This document shows, one piece after another, positions 27,974 through 38,039 of a stretch of DNA of 64,000 bases (its first letter is position 1; each line of letters starts with the position of its first letter). Origin of the DNA: Anaerolineales bacterium UBA3499 (GTDB taxonomy: Bacteria > Chloroflexota > Anaerolineae > Anaerolineales > UBA11657); assembly GCA_002377585.1 (NCBI GenBank), contig DFQC01000005.1, positions 11,715 to 75,714 on the forward strand, in the 5' to 3' direction. The position numbers were made by a program, and so were the translations under genes. The notes under the pieces are model-generated. The model was given only the letters and a program-made list of their open reading frames with translations. It was not told where the DNA came from and did not search any database.

Positions 27974-29053
27974 TTAAATAGATACGCCTACAATATCCCC
28001 AACACTATCCACACCTAAATTCTCTAGCTCGTTAGCGATCCCTAGCTTTATTTGACGGATAAGCCCAGGACCACGATAAACTAAACCTGTATACACTTGT
28101 ACCAAACTAGCACCTGATCGAATTTTATCCAAAGCAGCTCTAGAGCTGTCAATGCCACCAACCCCAATAATCGGAAGTTGTCCACCGGTCTGCCTGTAAA
28201 TATGCCGAATAATATTGTTGGATCTATCATGTAATGGTCTACCACTAAGACCACCTTTTTCAATATGCCTTGGATAACTTAGTCCACCACGATTAAGACT
28301 ACTGTTGGTCGCTATCAAACCAGAGACACCATGCCTAACAACTATATCCAACAAATTATCAAGATCCGAAATTGTAATATCAGGACTAATCTTTACAAGC
28401 AAAGGTCTATCAGGACACACTTCTGCATGAAGCTCCATGACGGGCAACAAAAACCCCTCTAGTAGTTCGTGTCCTTGCAATGCCCTTAAACCTGGAGTAT
28501 TGGGCGAACTTATATTTACAACTAGATAGTCAACTAGATGTTGAAGTCTATCAATCATCTTAGTGTAGTCAGACACTGATTGTTCTAGAGCAGTATCACT
28601 CCCCTTCCCAATATTTAGGCCTAAACGAATGCTCCTGGGCTTTGCAAGTCTTGGAGCGACTGTCTCCATACCATGATTTGGAAATCCCATACGGTTTATC
28701 AAAGCGCTATCTTCTGACAGCCGAAATATACGAGGACGTTGATTTCCATACTGAGAACTTGGAGTAATTGTCCCTACCTCTACATGTCCAGCTCCCAGAA
28801 TACCAAGTCCATCTACCGCTATGGCATTTTTGTCATAACCTGCTGCAATACCTACCGGATTTACAAATCGTAAGCCAAACACACTCGTAACAAGTCGTGG
28901 GTTATTGTAATCAAACAAGTGATTTAACCAGCGACGCACTGGTTTAAATTTAGGCGCTACTGACAGCAAATACAAGGATATATTATGAGCAATTTCGGGG
29001 TCTAATCTAAATAAAACATGGCGCAGTGCTCTATATCCTGACTGCTGCATCAC
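27974..29053 (-). CDS. pyrD: Dihydroorotate dehydrogenase (quinone), class 2
   Basis: 359-aa ORF; N-terminal membrane-association extension, MGFPNHG, catalytic-Ser context VNISSPNTPGLR, C-terminal GGI...GASLVQ.YTG. Confidence 0.9.
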   Translation of the reverse strand: MMQQSGYRALRHVLFRLDPEIAHNISLYLLSVAPKFKPVRRWLNHLFDYNNPRLVTSVFGLRFVNPVGIAAGYDKNAIAVDGLGILGAGHVEVGTITPSSQYGNQRPRIFRLSEDSALINRMGFPNHGMETVAPRLAKPRSIRLGLNIGKGSDTALEQSVSDYTKMIDRLQHLVDYLVVNISSPNTPGLRALQGHELLEGFLLPVMELHAEVCPDRPLLVKISPDITISDLDNLLDIVVRHGVSGLIATNSSLNRGGLSYPRHIEKGGLSGRPLHDRSNNIIRHIYRQTGGQLPIIGVGGIDSSRAALDKIRSGASLVQVYTGLVYRGPGLIRQIKLGIANELENLGVDSVGDIVGVSI

Positions 29054-29059
29054 AATATC

Positions 29060-30460
29060 CTAAGAAGACGAAGACAAATAGTTCATGGCAGCACTGTACT
29101 GCTCTGATTTAATAGAGTCAGATAATTTCCATTCATCTAGCAATTCCCGCATAGTAAACGCAGCGTGCAACTTATATCCATGAGAAGCCAATATTTTCTC
29201 AGCACCCTGTTCTCGATCTATGAGCACAACCACATCTTTAACTAGCATCCCTGCCGCCTGTAAGATATTAATCGTCTCAAACTTACTTTCACCGGAAGTC
29301 ACCAAATCATCCATCACTACCACAGTATCTCCTACCTCAAACACACCTTCTATTTCAGCTCCCGTACCATAATCTTTCACTTCTCGCCTAGGATATATCA
29401 ATGAAGCATCGGTATTTAAAGCTACAGCAGTACCAATAGGCAATGCGGCATATGGTATAGCTGCTATGCAATTAAATTCTAAATTCACCAACATTGAACT
29501 TATCACATCAGCAACCAAGCGAAGCACATTAGGAAAAGATGACAAACGGCGCAGGTCTATATAGAATGGTGATTGTATACCAGATTTAAGAGTAAATTCG
29601 CCAAACCGGACACATCCGGACTCAAGAAGACCGTCTCCAATCCCCTTAGAGTAATAGTTTTGCTTCTTTTTATCAGATGAGTGCCGCTCGGAATTTATAC
29701 TATCACGTAATTCTTTAGCAACTTTTCCTGGATTGGATGAAGATGATATTGAACGTGAAACATTGATTAATATACCCATATTGTCTTCTCTCAAACCAGC
29801 CTGTATCGCAGCAGCCAAATTGCCACCTTGCATACCTACACCTGGACAAAGAAACCATAAAGTCGGCGCAACTTGCCGTACAATTTCAACAGCGTGAGGA
29901 TCAGTGGCACCAACAACTAGTCCAAGATTGTTATACTGACTCCAATTCTGTGCCTGCCTAGCAACATGCATATACAGATACTCTCCATTACTCTTCAAGC
30001 TTTGGAAGTCATTAGAACCATCGTTTGAAGTTTTACATAAGACAAACACACCTGAATCAGGACGCTCAACAAAAGGGGTAATTGAATCAGATCCCAAATA
30101 AGGGCTATACGTCACTGCGTCCACTCCTAAATAATCGAAAATAGATCTTGCATAGGCCTGTGCCGTACTAGCAATATCACCGCGCTTTGCATCTAGAATC
30201 ACCGGAATACCATCTGGTACACTGTTAATTACTTCATATAAAGCAGCTATACCTTCTGCACCAAAAGCCTCAAAGAAAGCACTGTTTGGTTTGAAAGCAC
30301 AGGCATACTCTGCACATTCTTCAATTATCTTAATGCAATATTCTCTAGCTGATATAGGGGAAGGCTTTAATAGTAGCTCAGGATGAGGGTCTAATCCAAC
30401 ACATAGTAGAGAGTTAGATTCTTTACACCTACTCTCTAAGTAATCGAAAAAAGCCTTCAC
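29060..30460 (-). CDS. pyrF/pyrE: Bifunctional orotidine-5'-phosphate decarboxylase (N-terminal, type 2) / orotate phosphoribosyltransferase (C-terminal)
   Basis: 466-aa ORF; N-half LCVGLDPHPELL and ILDAKRGDIASTA (DxKxxD) of long-type PyrF; C-half FGEFTLKSGIQSPFYIDLR and PRPP motif VVVMDDLVTSGES of PyrE. Confidence 0.85.
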   Translation of the reverse strand: MKAFFDYLESRCKESNSLLCVGLDPHPELLLKPSPISAREYCIKIIEECAEYACAFKPNSAFFEAFGAEGIAALYEVINSVPDGIPVILDAKRGDIASTAQAYARSIFDYLGVDAVTYSPYLGSDSITPFVERPDSGVFVLCKTSNDGSNDFQSLKSNGEYLYMHVARQAQNWSQYNNLGLVVGATDPHAVEIVRQVAPTLWFLCPGVGMQGGNLAAAIQAGLREDNMGILINVSRSISSSSNPGKVAKELRDSINSERHSSDKKKQNYYSKGIGDGLLESGCVRFGEFTLKSGIQSPFYIDLRRLSSFPNVLRLVADVISSMLVNLEFNCIAAIPYAALPIGTAVALNTDASLIYPRREVKDYGTGAEIEGVFEVGDTVVVMDDLVTSGESKFETINILQAAGMLVKDVVVLIDREQGAEKILASHGYKLHAAFTMRELLDEWKLSDSIKSEQYSAAMNYLSSSS

Positions 30461-31422
30461 TATACTTTTCCAAAAACTAACGCTAGCAAAGCCATACGCA
30501 CATACATTCCATATTCCATTTGCCTAAAATAGGCAGCACGCGGATCCTCATCGACTGCTCTGCTTATCTCATCCACTCGTGGTAGTGGATGCATAACAAT
30601 CATGCGCTCTTTTGCAATATCCATTGTATCAACGTTTACCGCATAGCTCCGATTAACTTTTTCATAAAGGGATTTATCGACAAACCGCTCTTGTTGTACT
30701 CGGGTAACGTACAGCACATCAGTTTCAGAAATAATTGAATCCAAATCCACATGCTTACAAGGTCCCACACCACTTTCAATTAAGCTATCAACTAATGCAT
30801 CTGGTGCTTTCAAGAGGTCCGGGGCAACAAAATGCAATTTTACATCATATAAAGCTAACAGTCTTGCTAATGAGTGTACTGTACGACCATACTTCAAGTC
30901 ACCAAGCATAGTGACAGTAAGACCATCGATAGTGCCCAATTCCTCAACAATTGTAAATATATCCAATAAAGCTTGGGTGGGATGTTCTCCTATTCCGTCT
31001 CCAGCATTTATTATGGGTTTCTCAGACACCTCTGCAGCAATATCAGCCGATCCTTCATCTGGGTGCCGTAACACAACGGCATCCGAGTAAGACCCCATGC
31101 TACGTATTGTATCTCGTAACTCTTCACCTTTAGATACAGATGAAAAAGTAACATTATTTATCTGGATAACATTACCGCCAAGACGCTGTGTTGCTGCAGC
31201 AAAAGAAGAAGACGTTCGCGTTGAAGGTTCATAAAATAGGTTAGCTAGAAGTTTGCCTTTAAGTACATCTGATGTACCCTCTTTGCGAACCATTCTCCGC
31301 ATTTCACGCGCTACATCAAAAATAATGTCGAGATCATGATGATTGAATTGCTTAACCGACAGTATGTCCATTCCATCAAAACGAGAAATACCTTCATCTG
31401 GAAGTACATTTATTCGATCCAT
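30460..31422 (-). CDS. pyrB: Aspartate carbamoyltransferase catalytic subunit
   Basis: 320-aa ORF; carbamoyl-P motif [27 protein letters not shown]. Confidence 0.9.
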   Translation of the reverse strand: MDRINVLPDEGISRFDGMDILSVKQFNHHDLDIIFDVAREMRRMVRKEGTSDVLKGKLLANLFYEPSTRTSSSFAAATQRLGGNVIQINNVTFSSVSKGEELRDTIRSMGSYSDAVVLRHPDEGSADIAAEVSEKPIINAGDGIGEHPTQALLDIFTIVEELGTIDGLTVTMLGDLKYGRTVHSLARLLALYDVKLHFVAPDLLKAPDALVDSLIESGVGPCKHVDLDSIISETDVLYVTRVQQERFVDKSLYEKVNRSYAVNVDTMDIAKERMIVMHPLPRVDEISRAVDEDPRAAYFRQMEYGMYVRMALLALVFGKV

Positions 31423-31486
31423 ACTGATCCCATGTGATTTGACATTGTCTAGTTTACTAATCTTAATCGATATGATACTACTATTG

Positions 31487-32554
31487 CTATTGATTCACGT
31501 TTTTGCCATATCGAATATGTTGTAAGACCTCTCCTCTATCATATACTGTTTTATTGCGTAGCACTACTTTCTTTAGCCGACCTTGTAAATGCCATCCCTC
31601 AAAGGGACTCCAGCCACAACGTGAATAAAACTGAGACGCTTTGACTTCCCATTTCTCGTGCACATCTACTTCAATCCATGTTTCCGGTTGAGGTGCTAAT
31701 CCAAATATCCTGGCAGGATTGGTGTACATAAGTTCTGTCAATCGCTCCATAGTGAGTCTACCTTCGCTTACCGCACCAAGCATTAGTGCCAAGCTTGTCT
31801 CTAGACCCGGAAACCCTGGTGGTGAATTCAGGCTGTCTTTTTCTAGTAATGTATGAGGCGCATGATCAGTGGCAATACAATCAACAACACCATCAGTTAT
31901 TGCTTGCCATAAAGCATCCTGATCAATGATAGTATTTAATCCCGGACTAACCATATAACGACCTTCCCTTATGCTGTCAATATCAGTATTGGTCATAAAC
32001 AAATGGTGAGGAGTCACTTCGCAGGTAACTGCTAAACCTCGTTCTCGCGCAGCTCTGATCAAATCAATTTCCTCTTTACGACTAACATGACAAATATGAA
32101 CTGAGCGACGATGTAACACTGCTAACATTAGTACTGCTGCGGTCATATAAGTTTCTGCATGACATAGCACCGGTCTATTACTAGGCCATGAAGATATATG
32201 AGAATTGACAATATGTAACCCATCTAATCGTAGATCACCAAATGTATCATTCAAATAAAGTTTCAAACCTGAAGCCTTATCTGACAACGCAGAAACAGTA
32301 GCAGTGTTTTTGCTGGTACCGGCAACATGAATTCCATAATCACAATGTACCCTCCCATGTGCGGCATCCAATATAGTCTCAAGACTACTTGAATCCGTAA
32401 TAGGAGGCGATGTGTTTGGCATAGCGAGTACGCAAGTGTATCCGCCAGCTAACGCGCTAGCAGTACCGCTATACCAATCCTCTTTATATGTGTGTCCTGG
32501 ATCCCTTAAGTGCACATGTGGATCTATAAGTCCTGGCAAACGAATCAAAGACAC
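31487..32554 (-). CDS. pyrC: Dihydroorotase
   Basis: 355-aa ORF; [15 protein letters not shown] metal motif, amidohydrolase fold; first gene of the pyr string. Confidence 0.8.
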   Translation of the reverse strand: MSLIRLPGLIDPHVHLRDPGHTYKEDWYSGTASALAGGYTCVLAMPNTSPPITDSSSLETILDAAHGRVHCDYGIHVAGTSKNTATVSALSDKASGLKLYLNDTFGDLRLDGLHIVNSHISSWPSNRPVLCHAETYMTAAVLMLAVLHRRSVHICHVSRKEEIDLIRAARERGLAVTCEVTPHHLFMTNTDIDSIREGRYMVSPGLNTIIDQDALWQAITDGVVDCIATDHAPHTLLEKDSLNSPPGFPGLETSLALMLGAVSEGRLTMERLTELMYTNPARIFGLAPQPETWIEVDVHEKWEVKASQFYSRCGWSPFEGWHLQGRLKKVVLRNKTVYDRGEVLQHIRYGKNVNQ

Positions 32555-32579
32555 TGATTAATCACCAAAAATGACGAGT

Positions 32580-33836
32580 TTATTCATAAGAATTGTCCAA
32601 CATCTCCATCACATGCATCACAGGAATTTCATTATTAATAACGCGCAAATGAGATTCAATTTGTGTAATGCAACCAATATTGGTAGTCACCAAACCACTG
32701 GCGCCAGTTTCTACTACTTTTGCCGCTTTTCGAGCTCCCAATTGCTCAGCAATTTCTGGCTGTTCAATATTGTAGATGCCTGCCGAACCACAACATGTCT
32801 CTCCATCAGAAAGATCCACAACCTCTAGATCAGGCACCTGATCCATCAACCGCCGAGGTGCATCTCTTACGCCCTGCGCATGAGACAAATGACAAGCATC
32901 ATGATACGCAACCTTCTTGAGATTTGTTGGACCAGGTAAGTGAGACAAACCCAAATCGTCCAAAAAAACAGTGGCATCCTGCACCTTGTTAGCGAAATCT
33001 CTTGCTATTGATAATTCGCTAGTGTTGTTAAACAGCATTTCATATTCACTAATACCCGAGCCACACCCAGCAGCTGTGGTAAGTACGACATCGACATCAC
33101 TAGGAAAAACCTGCAAATTCCTCAATGCTAACTTTCTAGATTTCTCGAGTGATCCCGAGTGCAATGTCAAAGCTCCGCAACACCCCTGCCCTCTGGGTAC
33201 AACCACTTCAACCCCATTCTTACTAAGCACTCGTACAGTAGCTTCATTTATTCCAGGCGCTAGCACAGACTGTACACATCCTTGCATTAGAGCAACACGC
33301 GCACGCCTCTTGCCTATAGCAGCAACAATATCTGGAATATGATTAGAGGTTGGCACATTTGATGGCAACAACTCAAGGATTGTAGCGATTTTTTTGGGTA
33401 ACACTGCTTTGAACAATTTGGCAAACATACCAAGTAACATAGCCACCCGAAAACGGGCAGGATAAGGCATTGTCTCTAGAACAATCTGTCTCAACCATGT
33501 ATCCAATATACTGCCATTGGTTCTGTTATTTTCTGCATAAGAGCGAAACAAAATAAGTAAATCCCCATACGGCACGTCTGGAGGACAAGCCGTTGTACAA
33601 GCCATACAGCCTAGGCACCGGTCCACGAATGGTTGTGCTTCTTGTACAGACAATGTTCCTTCTAATACATTTTTCATCAACAATATGCGCCCGCGTGGCG
33701 AATCCATCTCCTGACCAAGCACCTGATATGTCGGACAAGCTGGCAGACAAAAACCACAGTGCACACATGACTTAACTGCACTTGCCATAATGCCTCCATT
33801 AGGGCCTAATCTGTCAACAGGAATATTGTGTTGCAT
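32580..33836 (-). CDS. glcF: Glycolate oxidase iron-sulfur subunit (GlcF-type, 2x4Fe-4S plus CCG domains)
   Basis: 418-aa ORF; CVHCGFCLPACP and CLGCMACTTACP ferredoxin motifs, two Cys-rich CCG regions. Confidence 0.75.
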   Translation of the reverse strand: MQHNIPVDRLGPNGGIMASAVKSCVHCGFCLPACPTYQVLGQEMDSPRGRILLMKNVLEGTLSVQEAQPFVDRCLGCMACTTACPPDVPYGDLLILFRSYAENNRTNGSILDTWLRQIVLETMPYPARFRVAMLLGMFAKLFKAVLPKKIATILELLPSNVPTSNHIPDIVAAIGKRRARVALMQGCVQSVLAPGINEATVRVLSKNGVEVVVPRGQGCCGALTLHSGSLEKSRKLALRNLQVFPSDVDVVLTTAAGCGSGISEYEMLFNNTSELSIARDFANKVQDATVFLDDLGLSHLPGPTNLKKVAYHDACHLSHAQGVRDAPRRLMDQVPDLEVVDLSDGETCCGSAGIYNIEQPEIAEQLGARKAAKVVETGASGLVTTNIGCITQIESHLRVINNEIPVMHVMEMLDNSYE

Positions 33837-34918
33837 TATAGAGGTAAGAACCTTCCTTCAGGATCAAAGGCACTTTTTACTTTGTCAGCAAAGATGCTAA
33901 TGGTCGAAGACGTTCCTAGCCAAGGTGTTTCCGGACTACCTATAATCAGTAAACCTCCTAAACCCAAACCAGACAAAATTGTATCTATCTCTTGAGTAGT
34001 TCCGGACCAGCCAATCCAAGCAACGTTGCCACCGACGCTATATTTACGATGTGATTTGCTATTAGTAAGACACTTATCTAGTTGAGGAATAAGATTAGGC
34101 ATAATGGGAACTTTGATTAAAGAATAGTCGTCAGGTAACCACAAAAATTCTCTTATATGTTCCCACAGATCAAGTTCCACATCTCCTAGTATTATTTTGG
34201 CACCATCTCTATACTCCGACAACCGTTCTAACCTATTGTTCAAAGTGGTAGACAATCCTCCCAACCTTGCCCTCACAATCCCGTTAGATTCCAAGTCAAG
34301 AGCAAACAAGTCAATTGGAGTACGCGTCATCTCTTTGACAAAATCTACGGCATCATCAATATCACCACAGTCCCATTCGACAGTACCAAAACTATTCATA
34401 TTAGGAAAAACCTTCAATGTTATTTCTGAGATAATACCAAATCTTCCCAAACTACCTATCATTAATTTCGGAAAGTCAAATCCTGCTACATTTTTCACAA
34501 CTTTAGCACCACCACTGATTATTTCTCCAGCACCTGAGACCCACTCTAAACCTAAAACAAAGTCTCGGGCACCACCAAATCGGTAACAACCAGGCCCACT
34601 TAATCCAGTAGCTAATGTACCGCCTATGGTAGATCCAATATTAGCCATTGGTGGATCAAATGGAAGCCACTGTCCATTTTCTACTAGCATCTCGGTTATA
34701 TCTTTTAGTGATGTGCCTGATAAAGCAGTAAAGATGAATTCTTCGGGCCGATATTCCAATATGCCTGAAAGATTAGAAAGATCTATTACAGTCCCGTTAG
34801 CACTAGAAGTTGACAAAGCAGTTTTCGTGCCACCACCACGTATCAACATTGGAGTCGATGCTGTATTTACAGCCTCCTGCACCTCGCTTACTGATTTAGG
34901 TTCCAGCACTTTTTCCAA
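33836..34918 (-). CDS. glcE: Glycolate oxidase FAD-binding subunit GlcE
   Basis: 360-aa ORF; FAD-binding PCMH domain (RGGGTK), position between glcD and glcF; 1-nt overlap with glcF. Confidence 0.75.
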   Translation of the reverse strand: MEKVLEPKSVSEVQEAVNTASTPMLIRGGGTKTALSTSSANGTVIDLSNLSGILEYRPEEFIFTALSGTSLKDITEMLVENGQWLPFDPPMANIGSTIGGTLATGLSGPGCYRFGGARDFVLGLEWVSGAGEIISGGAKVVKNVAGFDFPKLMIGSLGRFGIISEITLKVFPNMNSFGTVEWDCGDIDDAVDFVKEMTRTPIDLFALDLESNGIVRARLGGLSTTLNNRLERLSEYRDGAKIILGDVELDLWEHIREFLWLPDDYSLIKVPIMPNLIPQLDKCLTNSKSHRKYSVGGNVAWIGWSGTTQEIDTILSGLGLGGLLIIGSPETPWLGTSSTISIFADKVKSAFDPEGRFLPL

Positions 34919-34966
34919 TCCGCTTTTGAATACAGCAGAGATGCATTTTCAAGTTATTTGTAAACA

Positions 34967-36361
34967 TCATATACCCGGCAGCCGGTCTACAGGAAACATC
35001 TTACCAGCATTAGCAATACCTTTTGGATCAAATTCGTTAGTCAACTTTAGCATTTGATTAATATCCTGATCCGAAAACATATCTGTCATCAAATGACGTT
35101 TTTCCATGCCCACACCATGCTCTCCAGTAATTGCACCTCCACGCCGAACACACATTTTGACAATCTCACTTGCAACGGCTTCAGCTTTCTCAAGCATGCC
35201 GTCTTCCTTATTGTCAAATAGAACATTAGGGTGAAGATTGCCATCTCCAGCATGAAATACATTAGCAACCCTGACTCCATATTCCTGACTTAGGGAATCT
35301 ATTTCAGCCAATGCTGCACCAAGCTGATTGCGTGGCACTACACCATCTTGCACAATGTATGCTGGACTAATCTTGCCAAGTGCGCCAAAAGCTCCTTTTC
35401 TACCTTTCCAAATTAAGCTGCGTTCTATTTCATTTCTCGCACTTCTAACATTATATGCACCTGACTTGCTGACAATTTCTTGTAAATTCACAAATTCTTC
35501 TTCAACTGCAGAGGACTCGCCCTCTAGCTCTACGATTAATACCGCTCCAGCATCAATTGGATATCCACCATTAACAAATTCTTCTACTGCCCTTACAGTT
35601 AGATTGTCCATTATTTCCATCGCACCTGGCAACAAACCAGAAGCAACAATAGCTGCAACAGCATCTCCTGCTAGCTCCATACTAGGATAAGCAGCCAGTA
35701 CAGTCCTATACGCTTCAGGAATTGGTAATAGACGTAGTGTAATCTCCAATGCTATACCCAACAAACCCTCGGAACCTACAAACAATCCGACCAAATCAGG
35801 ACCTACGTTCTCAAGACTTGATCCGCCTAATTCCACTAAATTTCCATCAGGCAATACAGCTTTGATTCCCATGACATGATTGCTAGTCATACCATATTTA
35901 AGGCAATGGGCACCGCCGGAATTAAATGCGACATTACCTCCAATAGTACATACACCTTGGCTAGATGGATCAGGGGCATAATAGAGACCATAAGAGCGTG
36001 CTGCGTCCGACACATTTTTATTTATCACACCTGATTCAACAACTGCTATGCGCTGTTCTATATCCAGACTCAGTATGCGGTTTAGACGGTTCAATCCAAT
36101 TACAATTCCATCGGTGTTTGGTAACGAACCGCCCGAAAGACTAGTGCCACTACCTCGTGCAACAAAAGGCACACTGTACCGATGACATAATTGGACTATG
36201 TCAACCACTTCAGATTGTTGCTCCGGCAAAACAACTGCTCGAGGAAGCGCCTTGAAAGCCGTCAACCCATCTGATTCATATGGAATCAATTCAGATTTCG
36301 CAGTCAAAATCTGATCCCGCGTGAGCATTTTACTCAGTTCATCGACAAAATCACTAAACAT
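34967..36361 (-). CDS. glcD: Glycolate oxidase subunit GlcD (FAD-linked oxidase)
   Basis: 464-aa ORF; FAD-linked oxidase N- and C-terminal domains ([27 protein letters not shown]). Confidence 0.8.
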   Translation of the reverse strand: MFSDFVDELSKMLTRDQILTAKSELIPYESDGLTAFKALPRAVVLPEQQSEVVDIVQLCHRYSVPFVARGSGTSLSGGSLPNTDGIVIGLNRLNRILSLDIEQRIAVVESGVINKNVSDAARSYGLYYAPDPSSQGVCTIGGNVAFNSGGAHCLKYGMTSNHVMGIKAVLPDGNLVELGGSSLENVGPDLVGLFVGSEGLLGIALEITLRLLPIPEAYRTVLAAYPSMELAGDAVAAIVASGLLPGAMEIMDNLTVRAVEEFVNGGYPIDAGAVLIVELEGESSAVEEEFVNLQEIVSKSGAYNVRSARNEIERSLIWKGRKGAFGALGKISPAYIVQDGVVPRNQLGAALAEIDSLSQEYGVRVANVFHAGDGNLHPNVLFDNKEDGMLEKAEAVASEIVKMCVRRGGAITGEHGVGMEKRHLMTDMFSDQDINQMLKLTNEFDPKGIANAGKMFPVDRLPGI

Positions 36362-36371
36362 CTAGATTATT

Positions 36372-37394
36372 CTAATTCTTCCTGTAATATATTGTTGTTA
36401 TCTCGGCCATTATGGCGAGTGCTATCTCTTGTGGAGAACGCCCTCCAATGTCTAATCCAATAGGTGCTGATAGTCTGTCGATATCTTTTTGTTTTAGTCC
36501 TGCTTCAAACAGACGTTTTAACCTTGATGCATTAGTAGTCTGACTGCCAAGAGCCCCAACATAAAATGCTTGGCTAGGCAATGCTTTGACTAAAGCTATA
36601 TCATCTATCTTAGGGTCATGAGTTAATACTGCGACCGCTGTAGAACTATTTAACTCAAGCTCGTCTAATGCACTATCTGGCCATGACTGAAGCAGTAAAT
36701 CAACATGTGGGAATCGGTCTTCACTACCAAATGAACGTCGCGGGTCAATCACTATTGTACGGTAACCAATCATCTTTGCTATTTCAGATAGTGGTATAGC
36801 AATATGCACTCCACCTATCAATATAAGTGTAAGAGGAGCTGATACCACCTCAACGAACAATTCAATGCTATTCTGTAATTTAACTGTTTTTGAAGCACCT
36901 TGCTGTAACGAGTATCTAGCAACACTTAAAGCATCATTATCTAAGTTAGAGTTAATACTACCTGTTTGATCACCATTTTCAGTGACAACCATCTGACGTC
37001 CAAGTATATTTTTGGAACCACCAATGACAGTGATTGTGACAAGATTTTCATTGTCTGAAGCCCTAATAGCACGAAATACATCCTCATTTAGCAATTGTAC
37101 AAACACGGATATTGTGCCACCACATGCTAGACCTACTTCCCATGCTGTATCATCTGTAACTCCAAATTCCAATAGGCTAGATTGACCGGTGTTAAACACC
37201 TGTTTAGCAGCTTCTACAATAGCACCCTCAACACAACCCCCACTTACTGAACCGCACATTTTGCCGTTAGCAGTAAGCGCCATCTTGGCTCCAACACCAC
37301 GTGGGGCTGATCCCCAAGTATCCACAACTGTAGCTAATACTACATCCTGCCCTTCAGATATCCAGCTATCTAACTCCAGTATTATATCTTTCAC
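36372..37394 (-). CDS. xdhC: XdhC/CoxI-family molybdenum-hydroxylase maturation (Moco sulfuration/insertion) accessory protein
   Basis: 340-aa ORF; N-terminal XdhC_CoxI region (VLATVVDTWGSAPRGVGAKM) and C-terminal Rossmann-like domain. Confidence 0.8.
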   Translation of the reverse strand: MKDIILELDSWISEGQDVVLATVVDTWGSAPRGVGAKMALTANGKMCGSVSGGCVEGAIVEAAKQVFNTGQSSLLEFGVTDDTAWEVGLACGGTISVFVQLLNEDVFRAIRASDNENLVTITVIGGSKNILGRQMVVTENGDQTGSINSNLDNDALSVARYSLQQGASKTVKLQNSIELFVEVVSAPLTLILIGGVHIAIPLSEIAKMIGYRTIVIDPRRSFGSEDRFPHVDLLLQSWPDSALDELELNSSTAVAVLTHDPKIDDIALVKALPSQAFYVGALGSQTTNASRLKRLFEAGLKQKDIDRLSAPIGLDIGGRSPQEIALAIMAEITTIYYRKN

Positions 37395-37451
37395 AAAAAC
37401 TACCTCAATCCAAAATAGCTACAAGGTCATATCTAAATTCCAACTTCCATT

Positions 37452-37952
37452 TTACCCATAAGAATTCAAATCTATAATCTGAGGCGAATGTCCACAACCA
37501 TTAATAAAATGTACCAAATCTGATGAACGAATAGTAGTAGTAGATGTGTTCTCTAAGGGATGAAAGTTCAATAACTCGTGTTCCAAAATATTACAGTCCA
37601 GTACTACATTGACACACTTTTCGTAATCATTAATGAGCGCAAATGGTGTGACTGACCCAGCTTTTACACCAAGCACTTCTCCCAATATATTTTCCGGACA
37701 AAAGGACAGATGTCCAGACCCTATCAGATGTCGCAATTTTTTCAGATCTACCATAGCATCTTCTAAAGTAACCAATAACCACAATTTCTTAGATTTGTCC
37801 CTTAAAAACAGATTCTTACAATGCCCGCCATCAATATCTCCACGTATTGATTGACTTTGCTCTACTGTAAATACAGGTCTATGTTCGAATGTGGTCACAG
37901 GTATGTCCAACTCGCACAATCTATTAAACAGGTCAGCCTTTGTAGCTACCAT
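37452..37952 (-). CDS. Prolyl-tRNA synthetase-associated (YbaK/ProX-type) aminoacyl-tRNA deacylase domain protein
   Basis: 166-aa ORF; HCKNLFLRDKSKKLWL and GSVTPFAL motifs of the ProX/PrdX family. Confidence 0.7.
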   Translation of the reverse strand: MVATKADLFNRLCELDIPVTTFEHRPVFTVEQSQSIRGDIDGGHCKNLFLRDKSKKLWLLVTLEDAMVDLKKLRHLIGSGHLSFCPENILGEVLGVKAGSVTPFALINDYEKCVNVVLDCNILEHELLNFHPLENTSTTTIRSSDLVHFINGCGHSPQIIDLNSYG

Positions 37953-38039
37953 GGCACCTTTCCAAAGAATTACTCACAGAAGGTAAATCGCAGGAAAACA
38001 TTTGTAGTTCAAGTCATTTTCCTGAATTTAACAATAAAT

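Noticed and set aside
34197-35690. Plus-strand ORFs of 129, 143 and 120 aa
   Set aside because: They are antisense to glcE/glcD; the translations are low-complexity and have no independent signals.
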